From Stramenopiles sp. TOSAG23-3 (Eukaryota), in NCBI GenBank assembly GCA_900128585.1, contig LT642174.1, positions 1 through 44,257 on the forward strand: a stretch of DNA of 44,257 nt, read 5' to 3'. A program made the translations under genes and the position numbers. Of the stretch, positions 11,031-21,424 are shown in pieces. Numbering within the stretch: position 1 is the first letter of the stretch; each line of letters begins with the position of its first letter. The notes beneath the pieces were generated by a model. That model had not been told where the DNA came from. It ran no database searches and saw only the letters and a program-made list of their open reading frames with translations.

Positions 11031-11608
11031 AACACTTTGAAAAAAAAATACAAGAGGAAGACGAGGCCATAAATACAACACTTTGAAAAAAACAAATCGA
11101 AGACGAATATTAAAGAATTTTGCGTTTACATTAAGAAAATATTCTTCTTGGCTTCATAATTTCATATGATGATTGTCGTTCTATCAGTATGTGTTGTGCA
11201 TAGTGGCATCAGACTGACCTGAGCCCGGAGCCTGAGGCCTTTGAGTCATAACCTTAACATTAACCCTAATAGACAATACAGGGAACAGCATCACAATAAA
11301 AAAAAGAAGAAGCAAAAAAAAATAATATATATTTTGTTATTTTTATTACACTGCTGTATGCTGTATTTATATAAATAATTTTTTCTTCTTCTTTCTTCTT
11401 TTTTCTATCTTTCTTCTTCTCTTCTTCTTCGTTTGTTTTGTTTTGATGCGGAGTGAATGTGCACCGGTGTATATCGTATATGTATTATGGAAGAATTTGT
11501 AATACAAACAATTTAAAATAAAGAAATCAAATTCATGACGATTGGAAGAGCAAAACTGTTTTCATAAAAATATTAATACCTATATATTTTACTTGCATCT
11601 TTAAAACA

Positions 11609-13099
11609 ATGCTTAACAAAATTTTACTCGCATGCTTGGTGTGCGCTGCGTCTCTGTACGTTGCGGAGAGTGCACTTGGGCCACAGAAAACGTTTATCCA
11701 CAAGGAGGACCTGCTGCACCCGGAGTGTGAAACTTCCCCGGGTCATTGTGGGGAACCGTTGGACCTTACGGAAACGATAAAGAATCATGGTATCAAGAAG
11801 GCGCGGGAGTTGTCAGAAGTCAAAGGTATTGGTAACATTACTTCTTACAGTGGTTTTTTTACCACAACCCAAGCGGCTGAGTTCACGAGAAAAATGTTTT
11901 ATTGGTATTTCCCCGCACAGAACGGAAACGCAAAAGCCCCACTACTCATTTGGCTACAGGGCGGACCAGGTGGTTCCAGCATGTTCGGCCTGTTCGCCGA
12001 AATGGGACCGTTGGAGCTAACGGAGGACCTACAAGTCACTCTGAGGGATTCCTCGTGGAACAAAGAGTACGCCATGATTTTCATCGACAACCCGGTCGGT
12101 GCTGGCTTCAGTTTTCCTTCGAACGATAAGGGCTACTGCAACAACACGAAAGAGTGCGTGGCATCGAACCTCTACTCGTTGCTCCAGCAATTTTACGTCA
12201 TGTTTCCAGAGCAAATGGAAAACCCTCTATTTGTCACTGGGGAATCTTATGGTGGGCACTACGTTCCGGCGATAAGCTATTACATTCACGAGCGGAACTT
12301 GGATTTAACGAAGTGCAACGGTCCGACCTTGTTGAACACTCCATGCCAAGCGTTGCCATTTCAAGGCATGGCCATTGGGGATGGCTGGATTGATCCTGTG
12401 AACCAGATGACCGGGTACCCAGGACTCCTCTACAATTTTGGATTGGTCGATGACAACCAATTGGTTAAAATCAAAGAGTACTGCGACTCGACGATCAACC
12501 TTATCAACAAGAATGAAATGAAGGAAGCATTCGACGTGTGGGACGAAATGCTCAACGGTGACGTGTACCCTTACCCCTCGTACTTTTTCAACGTAAGTGG
12601 CAGCGACGATTACGACAACATGTTGCGGACCCACGCGCCGACGGCATTTGGGCTTTATCCTAAATACTTGAACCAGCCAGAGGTGCGCCAACAGATTCAC
12701 GTAGGCAATGCCGTGTTTAACTCTGGGCATGAGTGCGAATTGCATCTCTTGAGTGACTTTCACGTTTCGTTCGCCGATGAATTGGTCACCCTCTTGGAGT
12801 ACGGAAAGTACAACATATTCTTGTACAGCGGCCAACTCGACATCATCATTGGCGCTCCATTGACCGAGGCCTTTTTGAAAGTGTTGCCATGGAGTGGAAA
12901 GGACGAATACCTGAATGCCCCCAAAACGGTGTGGCGAGTCGACCCAAGCGACGCCGAGGTTGCAGGTTACGTCAAGACCGTCGGGAAGTTTAGCTACATC
13001 ATTGTGCGCGGTGCTGGGCACATTGCGCCGTACGATCAGCCCCAACGGATGCTGGACATGATTCAAAAGTTTGTTTCGGGGGAGCCATTCAAGCCATAA
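11609..13099 (+). CDS. Secreted/lysosomal serine carboxypeptidase, peptidase family S10 (CPVL-like)
   Basis: Signal peptide, WLQGGPGGSS, FIDNPVGAGFS, nucleophile motif GESYGGHYVP, YSGQLDII (catalytic Asp) and RGAGHIAPYDQP (catalytic His). Confidence 0.95.
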   Translation: MLNKILLACLVCAASLYVAESALGPQKTFIHKEDLLHPECETSPGHCGEPLDLTETIKNHGIKKARELSEVKGIGNITSYSGFFTTTQAAEFTRKMFYWYFPAQNGNAKAPLLIWLQGGPGGSSMFGLFAEMGPLELTEDLQVTLRDSSWNKEYAMIFIDNPVGAGFSFPSNDKGYCNNTKECVASNLYSLLQQFYVMFPEQMENPLFVTGESYGGHYVPAISYYIHERNLDLTKCNGPTLLNTPCQALPFQGMAIGDGWIDPVNQMTGYPGLLYNFGLVDDNQLVKIKEYCDSTINLINKNEMKEAFDVWDEMLNGDVYPYPSYFFNVSGSDDYDNMLRTHAPTAFGLYPKYLNQPEVRQQIHVGNAVFNSGHECELHLLSDFHVSFADELVTLLEYGKYNIFLYSGQLDIIIGAPLTEAFLKVLPWSGKDEYLNAPKTVWRVDPSDAEVAGYVKTVGKFSYIIVRGAGHIAPYDQPQRMLDMIQKFVSGEPFKP

Positions 13100-13543
13100 C
13101 ATGAAGAATGGTTGGGAACCAAAGCGTTTATCTTCTGATGTTTGAATTGGCGAGGACGTTGACACAAAAGTTTTTTTCTTGATTTTAAATTAAAAACAAA
13201 AAATTATTGGCTGTTTTTTATTTTTAGTAGTTAGTAAGTTACATACCATATCATACGTTAAATGATATTATACTATACATTAATTATACGTAAGATATGT
13301 AAGTAACTTTAAAAAAAAACTTTAAAAATCCTCGTGTACCGCGTTTTAAAATTAAATAATGGACTGAGATATTTAAAAACAAATTATATAGTGTGTATGC
13401 ATTAATATTCTTTAAAAAAACAGTAGTTCGTACGGGGTACGTTAAATTACATTTTGTGTTTCCCTTTTTATGTTATTTTGATGTTTGATTTCTTTTTTAC
13501 ACACAGGCCCAGGTTTCGATTTTACATGATTGTCCTGCGAAGC

Positions 13544-15133
13544 TTACTTCTTCGATATTGACGCTAGGTAATCCGCAGTGAACTGATCTGCACTGACCAA
13601 TTCAAACTCAAACTTGTTCAGAATAATGGTGCTTCCAGGCTGAAGGTCCATTGGCTGAACAAATTCTTCCCCATCATCACGCAAATACTTCCGTTTCATC
13701 AGGAAGCGCCCGCCGACGATACCACTATTTCGAATAGGGGGTTCGTACACACGCATCGTCTCGTCGTTGAGAAAATACGTGATAACGAATCTACGCATGG
13801 AATCGTCAGGGTTGTCTGTAATGAGCTTTGCAGTGTAACGAAGGACCATGCCATCCTTTCCGATAAATCGGTTGTAGTCTTTCTTCGGTTGCACAGGGAG
13901 CAAACGTTTCCAGTTCAAGTCGGAGTCGGCCTTGTCCCCGTAGCCGGTGTACGGTGGCGGCTGAAGTTCGGGGCGTTCGGCCTTGATGCCGTACATGAAT
14001 TCGTTTTCTGGTTGTTGAATACCATTTTGCTCGTAAAATGCCCTCGTCTTCGGGTCGATTGCCGTGATCTTCATCTTTCGACCAAAGATATCCAACGTCA
14101 TGCCAACGCGAAATTCATGCCACCTCCAGATTGCTCCTGGTCCATGGTGCTGCCCAACCTCTCGCTTGTGAAGTTCGAGGTACTGCGTGCAGTCCTTTAA
14201 AAGCCTTTCCCTTTGCAAAAGCCTTGGGAAGAATTCCATGCCGGAGTTCGCAACTTTGGACTGGATAATAGAGACTGTGTCGTTTGCCAGGAAGTAATTC
14301 ATGGAGAAGGACAAGTGGTCGCCAAAGAGGGTATTTGTATTGTCCCACGCAAGGGCGAATCGAAGGCTGTCCTGGTCGTAGGACAAGAACTTTTCGAAAC
14401 CTTTGCTATCGTGATAGTGCTTTCCGAGCGAGGCTTCCATGAACGTTTTCGCTGGGAACATTACCTTGCCGGCCCACTGCCTAGCTTTGTAGTCGACGCG
14501 GTCTAGCACTTCTGGCGCGGCCCGGTTGGGGGCCTGGTCAATTCCGTGATCAGCGTACCAGTTGCGCGTAAATTCATCGCACGCGTACAGCAGGAAGGTC
14601 TTTCCGTAGATGGTGACCATCTGACCAATCTTAAGGTCGGACTCGTCCATCGGGGATCCGTCCTCGCGCCGCACCGATGCACGGTTCAGAAATATCCCTT
14701 GGGGGAGGCCACTGTTCTCTTGCTTCGGTTCAGAAATTTCAATCGTCCCATCTTTCCGGAAGTACTTGACCTTGACCAAACGGATGCGTTCGTTTTCTAC
14801 TTGACTTTCGCTGATCGCTTCGCGGTAAAAACCGTTGAGGCACAATATTTCCTCCAAGTCTACGTTCTGCAGGTTGCTCCCGATGTTCGTGCTGGTCCGG
14901 GCAAACCGCTGAAAGCTCGGGTCCGCAATCTTCTGCTCTAATTACACCCCTGGAATGTTCTTTCCTTCCATGTTTGCAATGGTTGCGATGGATGCACCGC
15001 CTGCCTTGCGGTAGTACAATGTTTGCTTCAACGTCTTTGCAACTTGCTGGTTCGTTGCCCGGTTCCACCCGGGAATTTTTGGCAAATCGCCTGCACTCAC
15101 GTATTGCGTCGCTACAAGTTCTGGCGCTTGCAT
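13544..15133 (-). CDS. EFHC1/EFHC2/Rib72-family axonemal protein with three DM10 domains; one in-frame TAA at 14942-14944
   Basis: N-terminal LPKIPG...KQTLYYR resembles the EFHC1 LPFLPG...QTLSYR block. Three DM10 repeats (EISEPKQENSGLPQGIFL, YFLANDTVSI...NSG, YFLNDETMRVYEPPIRNSGIVGGRFL). ORFs 14942..15133 and 13544..14857 share a frame and are separated by a single stop. No C-terminal EF-hand seen. Confidence 0.9.
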
Positions 15134-16031
15134 AGTTCGTGTGTTTTAATATGTGTTTTGCTTGAGAATAATAAAAGTGTTTACTTGGACCCTGTTGGTT
15201 CAATCGTTTGTTCTTCTTCCGCTTATCTAAACAGTCAATTGTGCTCTGAAACTACGATTCGTTAAAATAAAAAGAAACGTAAACGAATTGAAAACTATAC
15301 GAACTGAACTTAAGATCGTATATATATATTTACCAAACAAACATCTCAAACGATCATTGATTACTTCGTAATAATGTTTTTTTGAGGAGGCGCGAAGGAG
15401 GAGAAGATATAATAATGAAAGAAGAAGCAGCACCCCTTACATTAGCATAGCATCAACAAAAACAAAATGCCGTTTTGTGACTAAAATTTATACTAAAAAA
15501 ACAATATTAACATCACCACAGCATAAACAAATAAATAAAAAAGGAAATAGAAAATGATTTATTTTATGCCCTGATCGTTTCGGTTCGCATTGGGAATAAT
15601 TAATATAGATATAACATTGGCATAATAAATAAAAACCATCCCCCCCCAACGATTATATACAAATAGAACAGTGAAACTGTTGGAGATGGTATTATACTTG
15701 TATGTTGTATTTATTAATTCCTATTTAAAAAATAGAGATTCCATCCATCCATCGCGGTAAACAAACGGATAAATAAAATAATAAATAATATGAATGAATG
15801 ATGGATTATTAATTAAAATATATTTAAAATTAAAGAGAAAGGAAAGAAGAAGATATAGAAGAAGAGAAAGGGACTATATTATAATACGTAGAATTTAAAC
15901 TAGTCGTCTATGTATATATAAATAAAATGAGAAGGAGGGAGGACAGTGCAGGCCCTTCTTCGTCTTTTCAAAAATAAAAGCGGTTCAATTTTGTTGCAGG
16001 CAAGGTAAGGAATGGGCAACGGAGAGACGCA

Positions 16032-17741
16032 ATGAGTAAACACAATGCAGCGACCCGGGCGTCCCGAAATTCCCCATATAACATTGATCAATACCACGAT
16101 CTCCACGGCAGGGAGAGATGGACCGGACTATTTAGTGAAAATGCAGTCACTGACGACTTCAATAGAGGAAACATGATCGTTGGTGATATTTTGGTTCGGG
16201 AGCAATCTGGGTCTCTGACCGATCCGTCAAAAACAAGTTTAGCGAGCGAAAGCACACTGTCCGTCCCCCCAATTTTCATCGCAGCAGTGCGGCATCGCTC
16301 CAATGATTCCGACGGGCGAGAACAAGGCTCGGTCGAGAACATTGAAAGAGAAATAGAAAAAACTAATGGGGTCCTCGATCGAGCATTTTTTTCTATAAAG
16401 AAGCGGGGTTTAAGCGCAGGAGAGAGCATTGTCGCGGAGCAGCTGGAGAGCAAGGAGGATGTGGATAGGGGCGTTGAGCGGTGGATCAAAAGCAATTATC
16501 GGGAAAGCATGCAAAATTCCCCACTTCATTTAAAGCCCGTTTTACACGGCATGAGAAAAAGGAGGGGTAATGGCGTGCGGCGCCCTCGGACCAGGGCAAA
16601 GTCTGGTGCGAAGATGCCGTACGGCTTGGTTCCGCCGGGGGTTGATATCAAGCGTCCCACGACGACGGCGACGGAGGTGAAGCCAAACAATAACGACAGA
16701 ATCTATACCACGCAATCAAAGCTAATCCAAAAATTTGGTGTCGACCTGTGGGGCAAGTACTACCAAGACGCGAAGAGGGCGCAAAAGAATAAGAAGAGGC
16801 GCGAAAAAGAGTCCAGGCGGAAGAAGTTCAAGTCGAAGCGGTCCAAAATATACGGAGAGCACAAGCATAAATCGGCGGCCAAGAGCAAACGGCGGCCGAA
16901 ATGTCCGTCACCTGCCCAGCCCTTCATGCCTGTACTCGATTCACGCCGCCCTATGACATCTCAAGAAATCGGGATAGAACCTTCAGGCTTCAGCAATTCG
17001 ACCCATCACCAGCGCTCCAGCATTTCCAGCCTCTCTAGTGCCACTCGAAGCAAAGTGCTGCGGCGGGCACGAACTAGTCACGGTGTAATAAGTGGTGGCT
17101 CCTCACTTTCCTCTCGGGGGCCCGAGAGTGTATTCAACCTTAAAATGGCCGGGCTGCACCTCCCCAACGACGCAAGGAGAAAAGAGAGCGACTTTGAAAA
17201 GAGAGTACGGAAGAAGAGGGACAGGCAGCAAAAGGTAAACTACAAAATCGAGTTGCAGACCCTGCAAAATCGTGTGAAGCAGCTGGAAATCGTTCTGTTG
17301 GAGGATAAATTGAAGAGGGAAAGCCAGAGCACACGAAAGAAGCCGAAGCGAAAGAAAAAAGGGAATTACAAAGCAAAAGAGCGGCTGATGAAGAAAAAAA
17401 TGTTTGTGGAATTGGCCCCGTTTAAAAAGAGTGCTACGTCTGCCACCACGGCCATGGCTGCGGCGTTGGCAGCAGCTGCATCGGCGGAACGATTTGATAT
17501 GGCCGCATCTAGGTTGGAGGACACCCTCGGGGAATTGGGAATGGACGACGAGTTGGCAACGACGTGCGCCCGTGCAGTAGACCGGGCTGCCAAAGTTGCT
17601 GGAAAAGCCATCAATGCTGCGTCCACTGCGGTGTCAGTTGCCGCGTCGTTGCAAAACAACCCACACACGCATGAAATGTTCACTTACGCCGGTGATGAGG
17701 AGCGCATGATGAGTTTAGAAAATTATTCCTTCCTGAAATAA
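16032..17741 (+). CDS. Hypothetical basic, low-complexity protein (569 aa) with coiled-coil and Ala-rich C-terminal helices
   Basis: Long ATG-started ORF filling a higher-GC island between AT-rich spacers. No recognisable domain. Confidence 0.75.
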   Translation: MSKHNAATRASRNSPYNIDQYHDLHGRERWTGLFSENAVTDDFNRGNMIVGDILVREQSGSLTDPSKTSLASESTLSVPPIFIAAVRHRSNDSDGREQGSVENIEREIEKTNGVLDRAFFSIKKRGLSAGESIVAEQLESKEDVDRGVERWIKSNYRESMQNSPLHLKPVLHGMRKRRGNGVRRPRTRAKSGAKMPYGLVPPGVDIKRPTTTATEVKPNNNDRIYTTQSKLIQKFGVDLWGKYYQDAKRAQKNKKRREKESRRKKFKSKRSKIYGEHKHKSAAKSKRRPKCPSPAQPFMPVLDSRRPMTSQEIGIEPSGFSNSTHHQRSSISSLSSATRSKVLRRARTSHGVISGGSSLSSRGPESVFNLKMAGLHLPNDARRKESDFEKRVRKKRDRQQKVNYKIELQTLQNRVKQLEIVLLEDKLKRESQSTRKKPKRKKKGNYKAKERLMKKKMFVELAPFKKSATSATTAMAAALAAAASAERFDMAASRLEDTLGELGMDDELATTCARAVDRAAKVAGKAINAASTAVSVAASLQNNPHTHEMFTYAGDEERMMSLENYSFLK

Positions 17742-18266
17742 AAAGAGGAGCTTCATTCTTTATAGTACAGTTCATTTTGTATTCTAATGTGTTTTGGGAT
17801 AGGGACATATATTACATAGACATATCATTGGATTGGTTTCCAAAATAATTTTAAAATGCGACATGACAACATGACAACATGACTCATCACTTGGATTATG
17901 AACCTTTAATGATGATGTTTATAAGATGGTGTGTCCTCGTTAATTTAATGCAATCAAATAGATATTAATTGTACTTGTATTATTGTACATTACGGCTTCA
18001 GCTAAACGAAGAAGCCAGTTTATTTCGCCTTGTATTTTATGAAAAAAAAGGGGGGGATCTCATGATTTCATCTGTCGTCTGCTCGTGTCTGTATTAAATA
18101 TTAAATACTGCATGCAAAACAAATGACTAAAAAATAATATTTATAAAGATAGATAATTGGGACCATATATCACATCTTGTGTATTATATTCATTGTATAT
18201 GGAAAGTTGGGGTCATTAATTTAATTTAAAATATGCATTCTTCTGGATAGGATAGGATTCGTAGAT

Positions 18267-18444
18267 AAGGAAAGAAGGAAAGAAAGAAGGAAAGAAAGTA
18301 GGAAAGAAAGAAGGAAAGAAAGAAGGAAAGAAAGAAGGAATAAGAAAGAAAGAAGGAAAGAAGGAAAGAAAGAAAGTAAGAAAGAAGGAAAGAAAGAAGG
18401 AAAGAAAGAAGGAAAGAAAGAAGGAAAGAAAGAAAGAAGGAAGG
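18267..18444. repeat. Purine-rich (GAAA/GAAG) compound microsatellite
   Basis: Direct reading of the sequence; a short (GATAG)n run follows at about 18492-18513. Confidence 0.9.
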
Positions 18445-19008
18445 ACACTTGGGATTTATTTCTACACCCACCGAAGTCTAGAAAGAAGGACGATAGGATA
18501 GGATAGGATAGGATTGGGTATGTAGGTATATAATACAGTACAGTGTACAGTTTTTAAACTAAGAAGGAAGGAAGATTTCTTGGAGTTGGTTTGAAGGAAG
18601 GAGCTGCCTTGAACCAACTGATATGCTGATATGATATATAACTGATTATGATTGATTGCTATATTTATTAAAAAATCACAACAACATCCAGAATGCCTAA
18701 TTAAATACTTCTACTTAACCTATGCTGTGTAAGGTAAGGTAAATTATCATAATCACAAAATTCTTCTGTAGTTAGTAGGAATGATGGAATAGACAACACA
18801 AACAAATAGTGATAATTTTTACTAACAGTCGTTCCTTCCGTTCGTTAAAGGAAGTAGGAACTTTATCCTTGAGAGCACGTGGTGTCCCAGCTCTCAGAGG
18901 TTTATGACGACAAAAATATTGCCCAGGCACAAGGAAATTTATATAGCATAAATTGCATATTGCACAATAGTAGACGATTACAGAAACGATACGTTGCACT
19001 CAAGCACC

Positions 19009-21198
19009 ATGTTCCGAAAAATTGCGCTTTGCTTCGTCTTTGCGACTGTCCTTTTCTGCTTCTTATCCTCATGTGAAGGTCATCGTTTCGGTCGTCACGG
19101 AAGGACCACCAGACAGATGACAGGAACATTTCACGAGATCAAGAATAGAGCACGCCCCACACTTAGCAGGCGTGTTGTGAACTTTGGCAACTCTATCCGG
19201 CAGAAAAGTACCGACCATGCTAAGAAACTCATAGATATGGTCTTCCCCAGTTCCTCTCCCGTTAACTGTCCCCAGGTCAGGTGTGCGTTGGGATTATCGC
19301 AGAACTGTGTTATCATCCAAGTTGACACGAAAAAGAAGAACGGTTGCCCCGAATATCCCTGCGGGAAGAAAATATGTGGTCCTGATGGGACTAGCCACTT
19401 TTCACAGCCGAAGCTTACTGACAAACTGAAGCTCGACAAATGGGAAGACTGCGTCGGCGGGGCCGAACAGGCGTGCAATTCTCTTTGCGGCGCGGGGAAC
19501 GTTGATTACGAAGAGGAAAGCAGAAAAAAAATGTTAAATGAAGAAAACACGAAAGAGAAGAAGAAAACTTCCAAGAAAATTGAAGAAATGCGTAAAAAGA
19601 AAGTGAAACAAGACGAAGAAGACCTGAAGGCTGCCGAGAACATCCAAAAGAAGAGAGCGGAAGAAGAACTCAAGGCGTCCGAGGCACAAAAACAAAGGGA
19701 CGAAGAATCACAAAAAGCCCACATGGCCCACGAGGCCATTTTGAAAGAGAAGGAAAGAAAAGACAAAGCAAGGCGCGAAGAGCTGGAAAAGAAGGCCCAC
19801 CAAACCGAACAGCTTGAGAAAGCAGCCACGGAGAAAGCGGAAGAAGCGAAGAAAGCCGAAGTAGCCGCAAAGAAACGATTAGAGCTCGCAAAGAAGGAAC
19901 TAGATGCCGTTGCGCACAGGAGTGAGGTGAGAAAAAAAGCGAAAGAAGCAGATGAACGAAAACAAGAAGAAGCGGAGAAGCGGCGAAAGTCACTGCTGCC
20001 AGACCCACACGGCAAATGTGTGGAAATCAAAGGCGGAGAAAAAATAGGCTGCGCGTCGGATTCATATTTTGGGACGATCGAAGGCGACTACAGTATGGCC
20101 GATGTCAAGACAGCATCAGACAAATTGATGCAGGTGTTGCCCATGTTGTCCATGATCGGAGTAACCATTAGCGACGACTGCCGGAGTAAAATCATGAGTG
20201 ATGTTTGCGAAACAGCCCTTCCCCCTTGCACCGAAACATGTCAACCAACAAAAACATGCGCTCAATCGTGCAGAAGTTTCCAGTCCAGCTGTGTCTCATT
20301 TAAGGACTCACTGCAAATGATATCGAAGAAAGGAAGCTTTCGTAGCTATGTTTCATTTGTTGGGCTGAAGGAAGGCACAAAGTCTATGGCAGTGATTGAT
20401 GCATGGATCGAAAAAATGATGTCTTGTGATGGCAAAAGTGTCTCAACCAAACCCAATTGTATAGGGGAAGGTTTTAAGGGAAAATGCAACCCAGGTGTCA
20501 TGAGAGCGGCAAAATCCTTTCTGGAAACTGGATCGCGCCCCGTGATCCCCACCCAGCCAGTCAAGAAGTGTGAAAACATTGCATGCGATTTCAAGGGATG
20601 CTCGAACTCCGAGTATTTCGGTACCGTGGCGGAGGGTGCGTCCCCAAAGAGCGTCAAAAATGGCAGGGCCAATGATCGGGCTTACAATAACCGAAAAATG
20701 CATGGGCGTATTTGCCAGTGATTTAGTAGAAACAATGCTGCCACGATGCTCAGACAAGTGCAAGCCGCTTAAAACATGCAAAAGCGCATGTACTGAAATA
20801 CAGCGAACGTGCTTAGGAAATGGTTTGAAAGGTCAACTTCAAATGGCAATGGGCATGGGTTCAATTGTTGATTCGTTTTTGGGAACAAGCGCCCCACTCA
20901 TCAAGTCGTGGGTGACGAAATTGACGAGCTGCAGTGGAGATTCGATATCGAGCTCCTCCACAGAATGTTTGAGTCCGACATACAATGCCCCGATGTGTGA
21001 CCCGACCGTCACGACCGCAAGGCTATGACCAAGACTTGTCTGGCATGCGCAGCAGGTATTACCGTAGAAACCTATTGCGCAAAATACCCAGGTAAATTTG
21101 GGTGCCCTAGGGGACAGAAACCAAAGGTCGTAGTCTTACAGGGTGAGTTGTTTTGTCCAGTACACATGCCTTTTGAGCTCGTAGCTAGGAGGTTGTGA
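19009..21198 (+). CDS. Secreted modular Cys-rich protein with a coiled coil and two Frizzled-like CRDs; frameshifted at about 20659 and about 21017 (pseudogene or assembly error)
   Basis: Signal peptide MFRKIALCFVFATVLFCFLSSCEG and a K/E coiled coil. Domain 1 (CETALPPCTETCQPTKTCAQSCRSFQSSC) is paralogous to domain 2 (VETMLPRCSDKCKPLKTCKSACTEIQRTC), which lies in a different frame. A third frame gives KAMTKTCLACAAGITVETYCAKYPGKFGC, ending at TGA 21196-21198. Confidence 0.75.
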
Positions 21199-21424
21199 GT
21201 TGATGGAGAGAATTAATTAAAAAACTAAAAACTTAATTCAGTAACAAAGTATTTTATAAAGTGAGAAAATTATACGTGTTGTTGTGTGTGTAAATATCTT
21301 ATCTTAGTTTTTTGTGTTGCTCTTTCTGTTTTTTCTCCTCTATAAATTTGTTTTTAAAGTTTACTCGTGCTTCCCTTATATACACATTTGGAACCCCCCA
21401 CAAGCGGCCGTGAAACTGTTTAAG

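Noticed and set aside
11166-11223. Possible box C/D snoRNA (ATGATGA ... CTGA)
   Set aside because: No terminal stem and no convincing rRNA-complementary guide of 10 nt or more recognised.
11249-11269. Telomere-like TAACCT-TAACAT-TAACCCTAA
   Set aside because: Only about three degenerate units; expected by chance in AT-rich DNA.
14942-14944. Repair of the TAA by the window's adenosine deaminase (UAA to UII, read as Trp)
   Set aside because: No supporting structure was seen, both adenosines would need editing, and the genes are over 22 kb apart. Pure speculation.
13544-15133. Genome-wide TAA reassignment as the cause of the EFHC stop
   Set aside because: Most genes here end in TAA at the expected C-terminus, and ORFs up to 1905 aa contain no internal TAA or TAG.
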